Shown here: positions 24,748-31,772 of the stretch, in pieces | Layout: each line of letters opens with the position of its first letter | Position numbering within the stretch: position 1 is the stretch's first letter | Sequence record: ON911540.2 | DNA length: 32,000 nucleotides | Direction: 5' to 3' (one strand) | Origin: Xanthomonas phage vB_Xar_IVIA-DoCa3 | The notes under the pieces: model-generated | What the model was told of the DNA's origin: nothing | Databases searched by the model: none | Seen by the model: only the letters and a program-made list of their open reading frames with translations | Position numbers and translations under genes: made by a program

Positions 24748-25488
24748 TTAACCTCCGAGACGACGATACTTGTCATAGAGCGCCATGCTGTTCGGCAGGT
24801 ACTGGCGCAACAGCTGATCAACTGCCTGGGCGTAGCGCTGCGCCTCGATCTGTGCGTGGCTGTGGTCGCGCAAGCGCAGGAAGTTCAGCATGTTATGCAG
24901 GTCTTGCTTCCAGAGCCAGTGCGTGTAGTGGTTGAGGTGCAGCAGCGTCCGCGCATGCTCAGCAGCGACACCGCGTTCCAGAGCTTCCTGATACAAGTCA
25001 TAGGAAAGCTCGCACTGGCTATGCAGCACACGACGGAACCATTCCTGAGTCGTCTTGTCCAGGTTGTCCTCCTGGCCCTGCTTCTTGTCGGCAGCCTTAC
25101 CGCCCACGACTTCCGGGATGTACCACTCCGCCGGGAGCTGCACATAGCGACCGCTGACCTCGTTGATTGTAGCGGTGCGGTGGCGCACGAACTGCCGAGC
25201 AACGAAGATAGGCATCTTCATTTCCAGCCAGATTTCCACCATCTCGAACGGGCTGGTGTGCCAGTTGCGCATCAGATAGTCCGCCAGCTTCAGATCTGCG
25301 TCGCGGGTGCGATCACTGTCCATCTGGTCGAACGACATGCGAGCGGACTGTGCCGGATCGATATCGTCCGCGTCGAACGGTGCGTCCGGGCGACGATTCG
25401 GGCCCGACATGTTGCGCAGGGCCACGAACCCGTGATCTAGCACGTCCAGAGCGATAGCGCCCTTGCCTTCGTAATTCGGTTGATTCAT
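24748..25488 (-). CDS. thyX: FAD-dependent thymidylate synthase
   Basis: ThyX signature 'RQFVRHRTATINEVSGRY', 'NHYTHWLWKQDLHNMLNFL'. Confidence 0.93.
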   Translation of the reverse strand: MNQPNYEGKGAIALDVLDHGFVALRNMSGPNRRPDAPFDADDIDPAQSARMSFDQMDSDRTRDADLKLADYLMRNWHTSPFEMVEIWLEMKMPIFVARQFVRHRTATINEVSGRYVQLPAEWYIPEVVGGKAADKKQGQEDNLDKTTQEWFRRVLHSQCELSYDLYQEALERGVAAEHARTLLHLNHYTHWLWKQDLHNMLNFLRLRDHSHAQIEAQRYAQAVDQLLRQYLPNSMALYDKYRRLGG

Positions 25489-25952
25489 TGCATCTCCAAT
25501 TGAACACGGGCGCGAGCCCTTCTCATTGCTTCTTTGGCGCGCTTGTCACAGAGATGGTTCGTAACGAACCGCGCCTCCTTCTTGCCTGTGTGCCCCTTTA
25601 CATGCCGGAACACGACTTTCAGGCTATGGTCGGAACGCAGGCGGCGAAGTACCTTCACCGCTTCCCATTCCTGGGCAGGCAGATTCCTCCGCTTACCCTC
25701 GAACGCATCGATTGCAGCCATGCAGTCAGTCTGGATAAGAACTTCGTCCGCTGCCTGCACAAGCTGGAGGCGGTGCGCAATGTAGAGGGCATTCACTACC
25801 GCTTGCATCTCTGCTGCGATGTTACCCTCTACACGGCACTTCATTTCACCGCCTCCACCTTGTTTGCCACGTTCGGATGCAATCCAGTATCCATAACCGG
25901 CGACGTTCGTGTCAGGACAGAACGACGCATCAGCTATGATTGTCACCCGCAT
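25485..25952 (-). CDS. Ribonuclease H-like protein
   Basis: 'IIADASFCPDTNVAGYGYWI', 'GNIAAEMQAVVNAL', 'LIQTDCMAAIDAF', 'FRHVKGHTG' carry the D-E-D and GH motifs. Confidence 0.85.
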   Translation of the reverse strand: MRVTIIADASFCPDTNVAGYGYWIASERGKQGGGGEMKCRVEGNIAAEMQAVVNALYIAHRLQLVQAADEVLIQTDCMAAIDAFEGKRRNLPAQEWEAVKVLRRLRSDHSLKVVFRHVKGHTGKKEARFVTNHLCDKRAKEAMRRARARVQLEMQ

Positions 25953-26382
25953 TTTTTGCCCCCGCTGCCGCACGTTTCTTCGGGAGCACGATTTCCAGCG
26001 CAGGCGAACCGGGCTTCACGATCAGGCACTGGTCGAAGAGCTGGATCTGCTCGGCTGTCAGCTCGCGGTATTCCTTGAGCTTGAGCGAAGGTTTCCACTG
26101 GACCATGGCGTCGGGGTGGATACCGGCCTGGGAGAACTGTTCGCGCATTGCCTGGAACGCACCGGGATCCACTTCGCGGTTGATCGTGTGCTTACCCTTG
26201 AGCACGTAGCCGTCCGGAAGATCATAGCTATTCGTGCCTTCCACGGGGGATGCGAAGAAGTACCCGAAGATCTTGGTACGCAGAAGCATCTCGCGCGCCT
26301 TAACCTTCTTCAACTCCTCCTGGAGCTTGTACCACTCGGCCAGATCGGCCTGGGTGACTTGGTTTTCGGGAATGAGCGTCAT
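25930..26382 (-). CDS. Conserved phage hypothetical protein (150 aa)
   Basis: Packed ORF; 'DLPDGYVLKGKHTINREVDPGAFQAMREQ'; GAGTAACC leader. Confidence 0.7.
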   Translation of the reverse strand: MTLIPENQVTQADLAEWYKLQEELKKVKAREMLLRTKIFGYFFASPVEGTNSYDLPDGYVLKGKHTINREVDPGAFQAMREQFSQAGIHPDAMVQWKPSLKLKEYRELTAEQIQLFDQCLIVKPGSPALEIVLPKKRAAAGAKNAGDNHS

Positions 26383-26390
26383 GACTGTGG

Positions 26391-26873
26391 TTACTCCTGA
26401 GGCATGCCGAAGAACTTGCGCTCGGTGCCAGTGCTGCCGAACCCGCCTTCACCGCGCTCGGTGGAAGACAGCTCATCGACTTGCACCAGCTCCACACGCT
26501 CCACAGGGACGATCATCGCTTGCGCAATGCGGTCACCATGCTTCACCGTGAGGAAATTGCCGTCGCTGTTGTCATTGGTGAGCTTGACCTGCACCTCGCC
26601 ACGGTAGTCGCTGTCGATCACACCGACACAGTTGGCGAGGCGAATGTCGTTCTTGAACCCGTGGCCGCTGCGGCTGAAAATCAGCATCACGTAACCGTCG
26701 GGGATCTCGAACGCCAGTCCGGTACGAATCACGGTGGGCGTACCAGGATTGACGTGAGCATACGATTCGTCCGCAGGGAACATCAGCGCATGCAAGTCGA
26801 AGCACGCGGCGCCGACGGTCGCATACTGCGGCACGATGGCATCCGGGTGAAGAGCTTTCACATTGAGTTTCAT
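26391..26873 (-). CDS. dut: dUTP diphosphatase
   Basis: Five dUTPase motifs: 'VGAACFDLHA', 'FSRSGHGFK', 'GVIDSDYRGEV', 'GDRIAQAMI', 'RGEGGFGSTG'. Confidence 0.93.
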   Translation of the reverse strand: MKLNVKALHPDAIVPQYATVGAACFDLHALMFPADESYAHVNPGTPTVIRTGLAFEIPDGYVMLIFSRSGHGFKNDIRLANCVGVIDSDYRGEVQVKLTNDNSDGNFLTVKHGDRIAQAMIVPVERVELVQVDELSSTERGEGGFGSTGTERKFFGMPQE

Positions 26874-26909
26874 CTTACCTCCATCTACTGGTTGAACTGC
26901 ATGAGCGTT

Positions 26910-26938
26910 AATGTAACGCAACACACGCGAGCCGGCAA
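26910..26938 (-). promoter_or_regulatory. Candidate promoter TTGCCG-N17-TACATT with dyad over the -10
   Basis: Minus-strand hexamers at 26933-26938 and 26910-26915; dyad GCGTTA-N3-TAACGC at 26905-26919. Confidence 0.5.
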
Positions 26939-26966
26939 GCCCATTTTCTGGATATTTTGCGTCGGC

Positions 26967-29417
26967 TTAGGATTTCTTCGCTTGAGCAGCGTAGTCAGGC
27001 AGCTTCAAGATCCGGTACGCCTTGCCATGATAGTTGTAGGCCTCAGCGACCTTCGCTTTATCCACTTCCATCAGGTAGCCGTTATTGATCGCAGACTGGA
27101 GCACAAGATCCAGCGCAGCGTTCTGACCCGCGCGGTGATTGTAGAAGGATGCCACGCGCGCTGTTCGGATCTGCAGATAGCTCCGCGGAACGATGCTGTT
27201 CTGGCGCATCTCCTCGGGCACCTTGTAACTGGCTGCAAGCTGGTTCGTCAGGTAATCGCGCAGCACCGCCATGAGCTTGCGCTCGCGAGCATTGTCGCCC
27301 GTGCCTACGTCACCAGTGTCCAGGCGCCTGCTCATGATTAGAATGTCCCGACGGATGACGTCAAGCGCCCAGTCGAGATGCTCTTTCGTGATGCAGGGGT
27401 TGATCCAGTTGTCCGCTACCGCCAGCAAGCCCGCAACGCGGAGCACCTTGAGCGCAGCACGGTTCCACATCTGTCGTCGAGACTCGTCGTCCGTGCTGTT
27501 GATCTCACGATCGCACTCTTGTTCGAACTGCCACATGATGTGAGCAGCTTCCTCGGTACGGCCGAGAGGCTGGGATGTCTGCCCTCCTATGAGGTTCTGT
27601 GCCTGGAATGCGAGCTTCACGAGCGCGTCCTGCAATGCAGCGTCCGGAACCATCACCTGCGACGAGTTCATGGGAGGTCGCTCGCCGTCGTACTCAATGA
27701 TCAAGAAGCGGGAAAGGAACCCGTCTTCCATCATCGACTCAGTGAGCGCCTCGTAGAACGTGCTCGGTGTGGTTTCGCCGATCATGCTATACGCCACGCC
27801 GCTGATCGACGCGATGTTGTTATCCTTGTTCGAGTACCCGATACCGCCGACAATGGATTGCGGGCCGGACTTCTGATACAGGTTCGTCATCTGCGTGCGC
27901 AGTGTGCTGAGCGGGCCGTCTCGATCGTCATTGGCCAGTCGTTTGAGCTTGCGCCCCCACTCACCGGACACATTCACGAAAGACGGATTGCTGGCGCATG
28001 CCTTGATGAGTGCAGGGCCCGACGCAAAGTCTGTGAAGTCGATGAAATTGTGGAACGTGGGCATGTTGGAGGTGCAGGCACGAATCAGCGAACTGATACC
28101 GCTGTGCATTGCCTCTTTACCGATAGCAGAACGCGCCACGAGAATGATATACATGTTCAGACCGGACTGCGGAATGTGCCAGGCTTTACCACACAGGCCC
28201 GCCAGCAAGCCCAGCGATGCAACGATCGCCACTTCCTTGACGGGGCGCGGTGCGCTCTGATAGATGTACTGCGCAATTCGACCAGCGAACCCAGGCGGCC
28301 AGGGCAAGCCCTTCGAACCCGCTTGCACGACGTCCATGGACACTGGACCCGCCATGGTAGCAGCGACAGGGGTGGGCTGACTCAGCTGTACGGGGTCACC
28401 GCGCCCCTGTACGTGTAGCGGGACCGCTGTGCGCTGCTGTGGGGCACCAGCCGCGGGCATACCGCCCTGGAGTCGCTGCACCTCCTGCATGGCAAGCCTG
28501 CGCGCTTCCAGCATGGTATCGGCCGCCTGTACCAGTGCGCTGGCATTGACGGACTTCTCCCGTGCTTCACGCGAACGAATGGTGGCCAGCGTGCGGTTGA
28601 GGTAGCGGTCGTCCTTGACGGACTTCTCACGCTTGCCCAGCGCCGAGTCACGGAACAACCGCCGGCACTGATCATTCGACGGGCTGTAGAAGGTGAGCAT
28701 GGACATGAGCGCGAGGTCTGCTTCCGATTGGCTCGGGAAGCCCATCGACTCCCATTGCCCAAGCCACAGCCCGCAGAACTTGTCCGAGTTGGCCGCGCCC
28801 ACCGCGCGCACCAGTACAGACCAATCGTCCTCATCCGCTGCAAGCTCTTCCAGCGCGAAGTCAGCTGCCTGTTCCTTGGGCCGCATCTGCGACGCCATGT
28901 TGAGCAGCATGGGCTGACACTCGCGAACGGGCTTGTCCTGAACGACGCTGCCCGTGCAGATGATGAAACGCTCTTGCGAGTAGATCTCAACCCCGTCGCG
29001 ACGCACACCCTTCCCGATGCTACCGCGAACCCATATATGCAGGCCCTTCCCGCTGCGCGACGCTTCCGCATAGCTGTCGAAACCCAGCATGATCCGATAG
29101 AACAGATCGTACTGTTCAGGGGTCGTCCAGAGTTCGGGCTTGTCGGGGCAGTTCTGGGCGTCCTTGACGTCCAGGTCGATGCAGGAATAAGGGTCGGACT
29201 CGTGCAGCACGAACCCGATATCGAACCCGTTGGCGAATGCGACTTGTGCAGCCGTGTCGAAGTCCATCCACTGCGACGGCTGGGTCACAGAGGCGTTGAA
29301 TAGTTTTCCGTCAGGGCCGACCGACAGCGGAGCCTTGTTAGCACCAGCAACACACCACTGGCGCAGGTACTTGAGCTCAGCCGGAAGACGCGCCCATGCT
29401 TGAGCGCGTGTGGTCAT
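26967..29417 (-). CDS. Primase-helicase (PrimPol N-terminal domain, DUF3987-like ATPase C-terminal)
   Basis: 'DIGFVLHESDPYSCIDLDVKD' and 'AEASRSGKGLHIWVRGS' PrimPol motifs; 'LIILVARSAIGKEAMHSGI'-type P-loop region (sequence NMYIILVARSAIGKEAMHSGI) and 'SGEWGRKLKR' in the second half. Confidence 0.8.
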   Translation of the reverse strand: MTTRAQAWARLPAELKYLRQWCVAGANKAPLSVGPDGKLFNASVTQPSQWMDFDTAAQVAFANGFDIGFVLHESDPYSCIDLDVKDAQNCPDKPELWTTPEQYDLFYRIMLGFDSYAEASRSGKGLHIWVRGSIGKGVRRDGVEIYSQERFIICTGSVVQDKPVRECQPMLLNMASQMRPKEQAADFALEELAADEDDWSVLVRAVGAANSDKFCGLWLGQWESMGFPSQSEADLALMSMLTFYSPSNDQCRRLFRDSALGKREKSVKDDRYLNRTLATIRSREAREKSVNASALVQAADTMLEARRLAMQEVQRLQGGMPAAGAPQQRTAVPLHVQGRGDPVQLSQPTPVAATMAGPVSMDVVQAGSKGLPWPPGFAGRIAQYIYQSAPRPVKEVAIVASLGLLAGLCGKAWHIPQSGLNMYIILVARSAIGKEAMHSGISSLIRACTSNMPTFHNFIDFTDFASGPALIKACASNPSFVNVSGEWGRKLKRLANDDRDGPLSTLRTQMTNLYQKSGPQSIVGGIGYSNKDNNIASISGVAYSMIGETTPSTFYEALTESMMEDGFLSRFLIIEYDGERPPMNSSQVMVPDAALQDALVKLAFQAQNLIGGQTSQPLGRTEEAAHIMWQFEQECDREINSTDDESRRQMWNRAALKVLRVAGLLAVADNWINPCITKEHLDWALDVIRRDILIMSRRLDTGDVGTGDNARERKLMAVLRDYLTNQLAASYKVPEEMRQNSIVPRSYLQIRTARVASFYNHRAGQNAALDLVLQSAINNGYLMEVDKAKVAEAYNYHGKAYRILKLPDYAAQAKKS

Positions 29418-29656
29418 ACCAGTTCGCCCCTCCGCGCTTGCAGCATGATCCGCCAAGCGTCCAGGTACGGGCGAACGACATCGCGTTTCCAGATAAAGAT
29501 CTGCGCGCCATTAACGATAATCGGATCGGGCAGCAGGCCCCGGCGACGCGCATTTACGAGGGTGGCACGGCATACACCGAGCTCTTGGCCAATTTCGCTC
29601 GACGTGATATAGATCTCGTCAAACTCCTGCTGAGCAGTCTTTTCAACTTCCGTCAT
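29414..29656 (-). CDS. Small HTH DNA-binding protein (AlpA/excisionase-like)
   Basis: 'IYITSSEIGQELGVCRATLVNARRRGLLPDPIIVNGAQIFIWKRDVVRPYL'; ATGA overlap with the primase start. Confidence 0.75.
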   Translation of the reverse strand: MTEVEKTAQQEFDEIYITSSEIGQELGVCRATLVNARRRGLLPDPIIVNGAQIFIWKRDVVRPYLDAWRIMLQARRGELV

Positions 29657-29710
29657 TATGTAGTCCCCAGACAAACTAGGAGCGCGAACGCGACACCCGA
29701 ATGGCTCAGC

Positions 29711-29739
29711 AGTGTAGCGCGTTCGCTGTGTTATCGCAA
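29711..29739 (-). promoter_or_regulatory. Candidate promoter TTGCGA-N17-TACACT upstream of the HTH gene
   Basis: Minus-strand hexamers at 29734-29739 and 29711-29716; -35 lies inside the dyad TGTGTT-ATCGC-AACACA (29727-29743). Confidence 0.6.
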
Positions 29740-29746
29740 CACATGT

Positions 29747-30391
29747 TTAGTTGAGCGGTTTCTGCGCCTTGATAGCTTCGTACTCCGCGCGCTTGGTGGC
29801 AACGTACTGAGCCCACTGCACCTCCGCCTCTTTGCGCTGCCTGCATGCGAGCATATAAGCGTCGTAGGCAACCTTGAGCGCCTTGGCGTGCTCCGACTCA
29901 GGGCTGCCGTCGTCTTTCTCGCGCAACTGATGCCGGCGCTGAGCTTCACGGTTCTGACGTGCGCGCTTCTGGGCAGGGGTTTCCTCCTGGACGTTCTGCT
30001 CAGCTAACCACACGGACTGAATCTGGTGTGCGCGCTTCACACGGTCGAGCATGGTGTGGCATTCCATTCCCGTGGCATTGCACTTGAACGGCGTCAGTGC
30101 GTTGAACAGTATGCTCTTGATCTGAAGCAGATCCACATGGGCAGGGAACTGAACGTCGTGCGGACGCTCTGCCCAGCACGCGCGCCACATCTCCATGGCC
30201 TGGTCAGTGTAGAACTGTTCCACGGGTACGCACTCCACGCCCTGCGCCAGCGCTTGCGTGTGCAGCGCTTGCAGGTAGTGCAGCACCACTGACGGATCAG
30301 GGTTATCGTTGTCAATCTGGTTGAAGTAACTGAGCGGATCTTGCTGCGCAGGCTGGGGGAACGCGGTAGCATCGAAATCAAGTTGCGCCAT
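29747..30391 (-). CDS. Hypothetical protein (214 aa)
   Basis: ATG at 30391 with CAGGAG upstream; N-terminus MAQLDFDAT resembles the DUF669-like protein's MAQLNFDAT. Confidence 0.7.
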   Translation of the reverse strand: MAQLDFDATAFPQPAQQDPLSYFNQIDNDNPDPSVVLHYLQALHTQALAQGVECVPVEQFYTDQAMEMWRACWAERPHDVQFPAHVDLLQIKSILFNALTPFKCNATGMECHTMLDRVKRAHQIQSVWLAEQNVQEETPAQKRARQNREAQRRHQLREKDDGSPESEHAKALKVAYDAYMLACRQRKEAEVQWAQYVATKRAEYEAIKAQKPLN

Positions 30392-30425
30392 GATAAAAAC
30401 TCCTGGAATGAATTGAACAGTGCAT

Positions 30426-30454
30426 AAGCTAAGGCATGGGGAGGGGCATTGCAA
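30426..30454 (-). promoter_or_regulatory. Weak promoter-like element TTGCAA-N17-TAGCTT upstream of the 214-aa gene
   Basis: Spacing fits the motif family but the -10 is poor. Confidence 0.3.
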
Positions 30455-30728
30455 GACATAAGGGAGGGCCATGCTTTATTGGGGCGGCGAAACACACTCG
30501 GGGTCGGGTCGGTACGCGCAGCCGGGGGTCAGGATCCCCCTCCCTTAGATAAGCCTACTGTATATAGTGTTAATATGTTTATTTGTTATATGGTATAGAG
30601 GACCCCGCATTATGCGGGCGCGTGCGCGATCAACGCCGACGGCTGGTGGAAACCGGAACTAATAAGCCATGGCTCGGGGCTTGCGTGTTAATGTGTTCGG
30701 TTCGGTCTAAAAGATTTGCAGAAGTCGC

Positions 30729-30757
30729 TTGCATAGGTCTGAAGTTCGTCCTACATT
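30729..30757 (+). promoter_or_regulatory. Candidate promoter TTGCAT-N17-TACATT
   Basis: Plus-strand hexamers at 30729-30734 and 30752-30757, about 34 nt upstream of the ATG at 30791. Confidence 0.65.
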
Positions 30758-30790
30758 AACACCATACCGCAACGCACTAGGAGAACTGAC

Positions 30791-31093
30791 ATGGCAAACA
30801 TCATCACCGAACTGACCGCACGCATCGAAGACTATCGCTCGACCAATAAGAACCCGTGCAAGAACTACGCCACCCAGGCAGCAGCGGAGAAGGCTACCGC
30901 TAAGATGGCCCAGGCTGCTGCGACCTACTTCGACAAGCAGAACCGTGAAGACGCTCCGTCCGCTGACTACGTTGTCTTCTACGTGGAAGCCTGGGGCCGC
31001 TGGGTGGGCTGCATTAACCTGTCCGAGCTCCTGCGCCGCAGCAACTCGACGGGCGGATACCTCGGCTTCTGCAAAGACTTCTTCACCTACTAA
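30791..31093 (+). CDS. Hypothetical protein (100 aa)
   Basis: ATG preceded by TAGGAGAACTGAC; promoter-like element upstream; no competing minus-strand gene with plausible features. Confidence 0.7.
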   Translation: MANIITELTARIEDYRSTNKNPCKNYATQAAAEKATAKMAQAAATYFDKQNREDAPSADYVVFYVEAWGRWVGCINLSELLRRSNSTGGYLGFCKDFFTY

Positions 31094-31106
31094 CAACCGC
31101 GCAGGC

Positions 31107-31124
31107 GCACCGCTTCGGCGGTGC
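31107..31124 (+). promoter_or_regulatory. UUCG-tetraloop hairpin between two small genes
   Basis: GCACCGC-TTCG-GCGGTGC, no T-run after it. Confidence 0.65.
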
Positions 31125-31148
31125 CACTGTGGTCATCTGGAGAATACC

Positions 31149-31361
31149 ATGAACGCATTCGAAGTCATTCAGCTCGCCCGCAAGCACGCCGACAACGGCG
31201 CACCCATGCAAAGCAGCGCCCAGCTCTGCCTCCAGGACGCCGAAGCTCTTCAGGCTCAGGGCAAGTGCGTGGAGGCGCGTAACCGCGCGGTGAAGTCGCT
31301 CCAGTATTCGGTGGGCGTGTTTCACCATGACTACCAGGCCACTGACCCGCGTCGGAGTTGA
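31149..31361 (+). CDS. Hypothetical protein (70 aa)
   Basis: ATG preceded by CTGGAGAATACC; MNAFEVIQLARKHADNGAPMQSSAQLCLQDAEALQAQGK... Confidence 0.65.
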   Translation: MNAFEVIQLARKHADNGAPMQSSAQLCLQDAEALQAQGKCVEARNRAVKSLQYSVGVFHHDYQATDPRRS

Positions 31362-31392
31362 TTAGCACCTGCAAGATATCCAAAACGCCCGC

Positions 31393-31421
31393 TTGTGCTC
31401 CGGCACGGTGGGCGTTATAGT
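31393..31421 (+). promoter_or_regulatory. Candidate promoter TTGTGC-N17-TATAGT inside a dyad
   Basis: Hexamers at 31393-31398 and 31416-31421; the dyad AACGCCC...GGGCGTT (31384-31390/31410-31416) brackets the spacer. Confidence 0.55.
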
Positions 31422-31427
31422 ATGCAG

Positions 31428-31755
31428 CGAGTAACAGCCCACGGCGCAGCAGTGAGCTCCACTATACACGGTGGATGAATCTGCGAGGCCTGGGACTCCC
31501 CTTCCGGCGGGGCAGGAGACCACATAATTCACCGGACGCAACAGGCCGCCGTGAGCCTTTCACGGACGCAACACTCACTCGGGTTCCTTGAAGCTGGACG
31601 CAAGCGGGACCGCCGTCGTCAAAGCCTGTGACGCCCGGCCCGAGTGATCTACCGTGTGCGTGCCCATGTGGGTGGGCGGGCAAGCGGGTAGGCCCCCACA
31701 CGCCTACGAATATGGTGCGCGGCCTGGGACTGGTGCCTGGGCCGCGTTTCCTCTT
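31428..31755 (+). ncRNA. Candidate structured non-coding RNA or long 5' leader of unknown class
   Basis: About 330 nt lacking a credible ORF between a promoter-like element and a MazG-like gene; closing helix 31465-31472/31651-31658, internal stems 31549-31554/31560-31565 and 31575-31583/31639-31647, 3' hairpin 31718-31724/31740-31746 followed by TTTCCTCTT. Confidence 0.45.
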
Positions 31756-31772
31756 GACTATTGGAGAATCGT

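Noticed and set aside
23757-24935. 392-aa plus-strand ORF
   Set aside because: Antisense to the DNA ligase gene with its motif-supported reading frame.
28140-28220. Possible broken Walker A in the primase-helicase (SAIGKEA in place of GKS/T)
   Set aside because: GKE-type variants may occur in this ATPase family and the ORF is intact, so not enough to claim a pseudo-active site without alignment.
27378-28418. 346-aa plus-strand ORF
   Set aside because: Antisense to the primase-helicase gene; composition typical of a shadow ORF.
30524-30540. GGGGG-TCAGGAT-CCCCC hairpin
   Set aside because: Only 5 bp in a G/C-rich tract with no T-run; too weak to call a terminator.
31529-31604. GGACGCAA repeats considered as a mini-CRISPR array
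   Set aside because: The repeat core is only 8 nt (up to 15 with mismatches), with three copies and uneven spacers; no cas genes are nearby.
31462-31701. 79-aa minus-strand ORF in the structured region
   Set aside because: No Shine-Dalgarno, no motif, opposite to flanking genes; the pairing signals on the + strand explain the region better.
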